A DNA stretch of 64,000 nucleotides from an uncultured Solirubrobacteraceae bacterium (GTDB lineage: Bacteria > Actinomycetota > Thermoleophilia > Solirubrobacterales > Solirubrobacteraceae). The stretch is from assembly GCA_963844155.1 (NCBI GenBank), contig CAWJMY010000001.1, forward strand, positions 692,200 through 756,199. The letters run 5' to 3'. The notes beneath the pieces were generated by a model, which made no database searches, was not told the DNA's origin, and saw only the letters and a list, made by a program, of their open reading frames with translations. This document shows, piece by piece, positions 63,897 to 64,000 of the stretch (its first letter is position 1; the number at the start of each line of letters is the position of its first letter). The position numbers and the translations under genes are program-made.

Positions 63897-63935
63897 GTGA
63901 ACCAGCTGTGACGCACCTGTGACCAACGTGTGAAG
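63897..63935 (-). promoter_or_regulatory. PHO box, four 11-bp-spaced repeats upstream of pstS
   Basis: + strand GTGAAC 63897, GTGACG 63908, GTGACC 63919, GTGAAG 63930. Confidence 0.85.
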
Positions 63936-64000
63936 GATGTTTGGGCGCAGGGCTGATCACCGCGCGTTGACACGGAGGGGCGCGCGAGGCGCCATGGTCT

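Overview
Very GC-rich actinobacterial DNA; the gene content resembles Thermoleophilia/Solirubrobacterales (inference). Many single-base frameshifts hit normally conserved genes (modA, ppdK, pstSCAB), so the assembly is probably error-prone and pseudogene calls are unsafe. From left to right the window holds: a molybdate ABC operon with a HTH-TOBE regulator; metabolic genes; a membrane diguanylate cyclase; an ECF sigma factor with a zinc finger; a cytochrome c; a retron-like unit; a yybP-ykoY (Mn2+) riboswitch with a TerC/Alx gene; ppdK; a ~20 kb signalling island (about 27.8-48.2 kb); DDAH; a decapeptide-repeat protein; TetR/MBL; a DUF3516 helicase; and a PHO-box-controlled region with pstSCAB, four unknown genes and phoA. 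The best candidate for a new system is the retron-like unit: an msr/msd-like ncRNA at 13906-14056, bounded by a perfect 14-bp inverted repeat, followed by an intact YADD reverse transcriptase at 14082-15407, with no recognisable effector gene. The island contains PAS/GGDEF/EAL/HD-GYP proteins, a duplicated EAL-HTH fusion and a CarH-type B12-binding domain.
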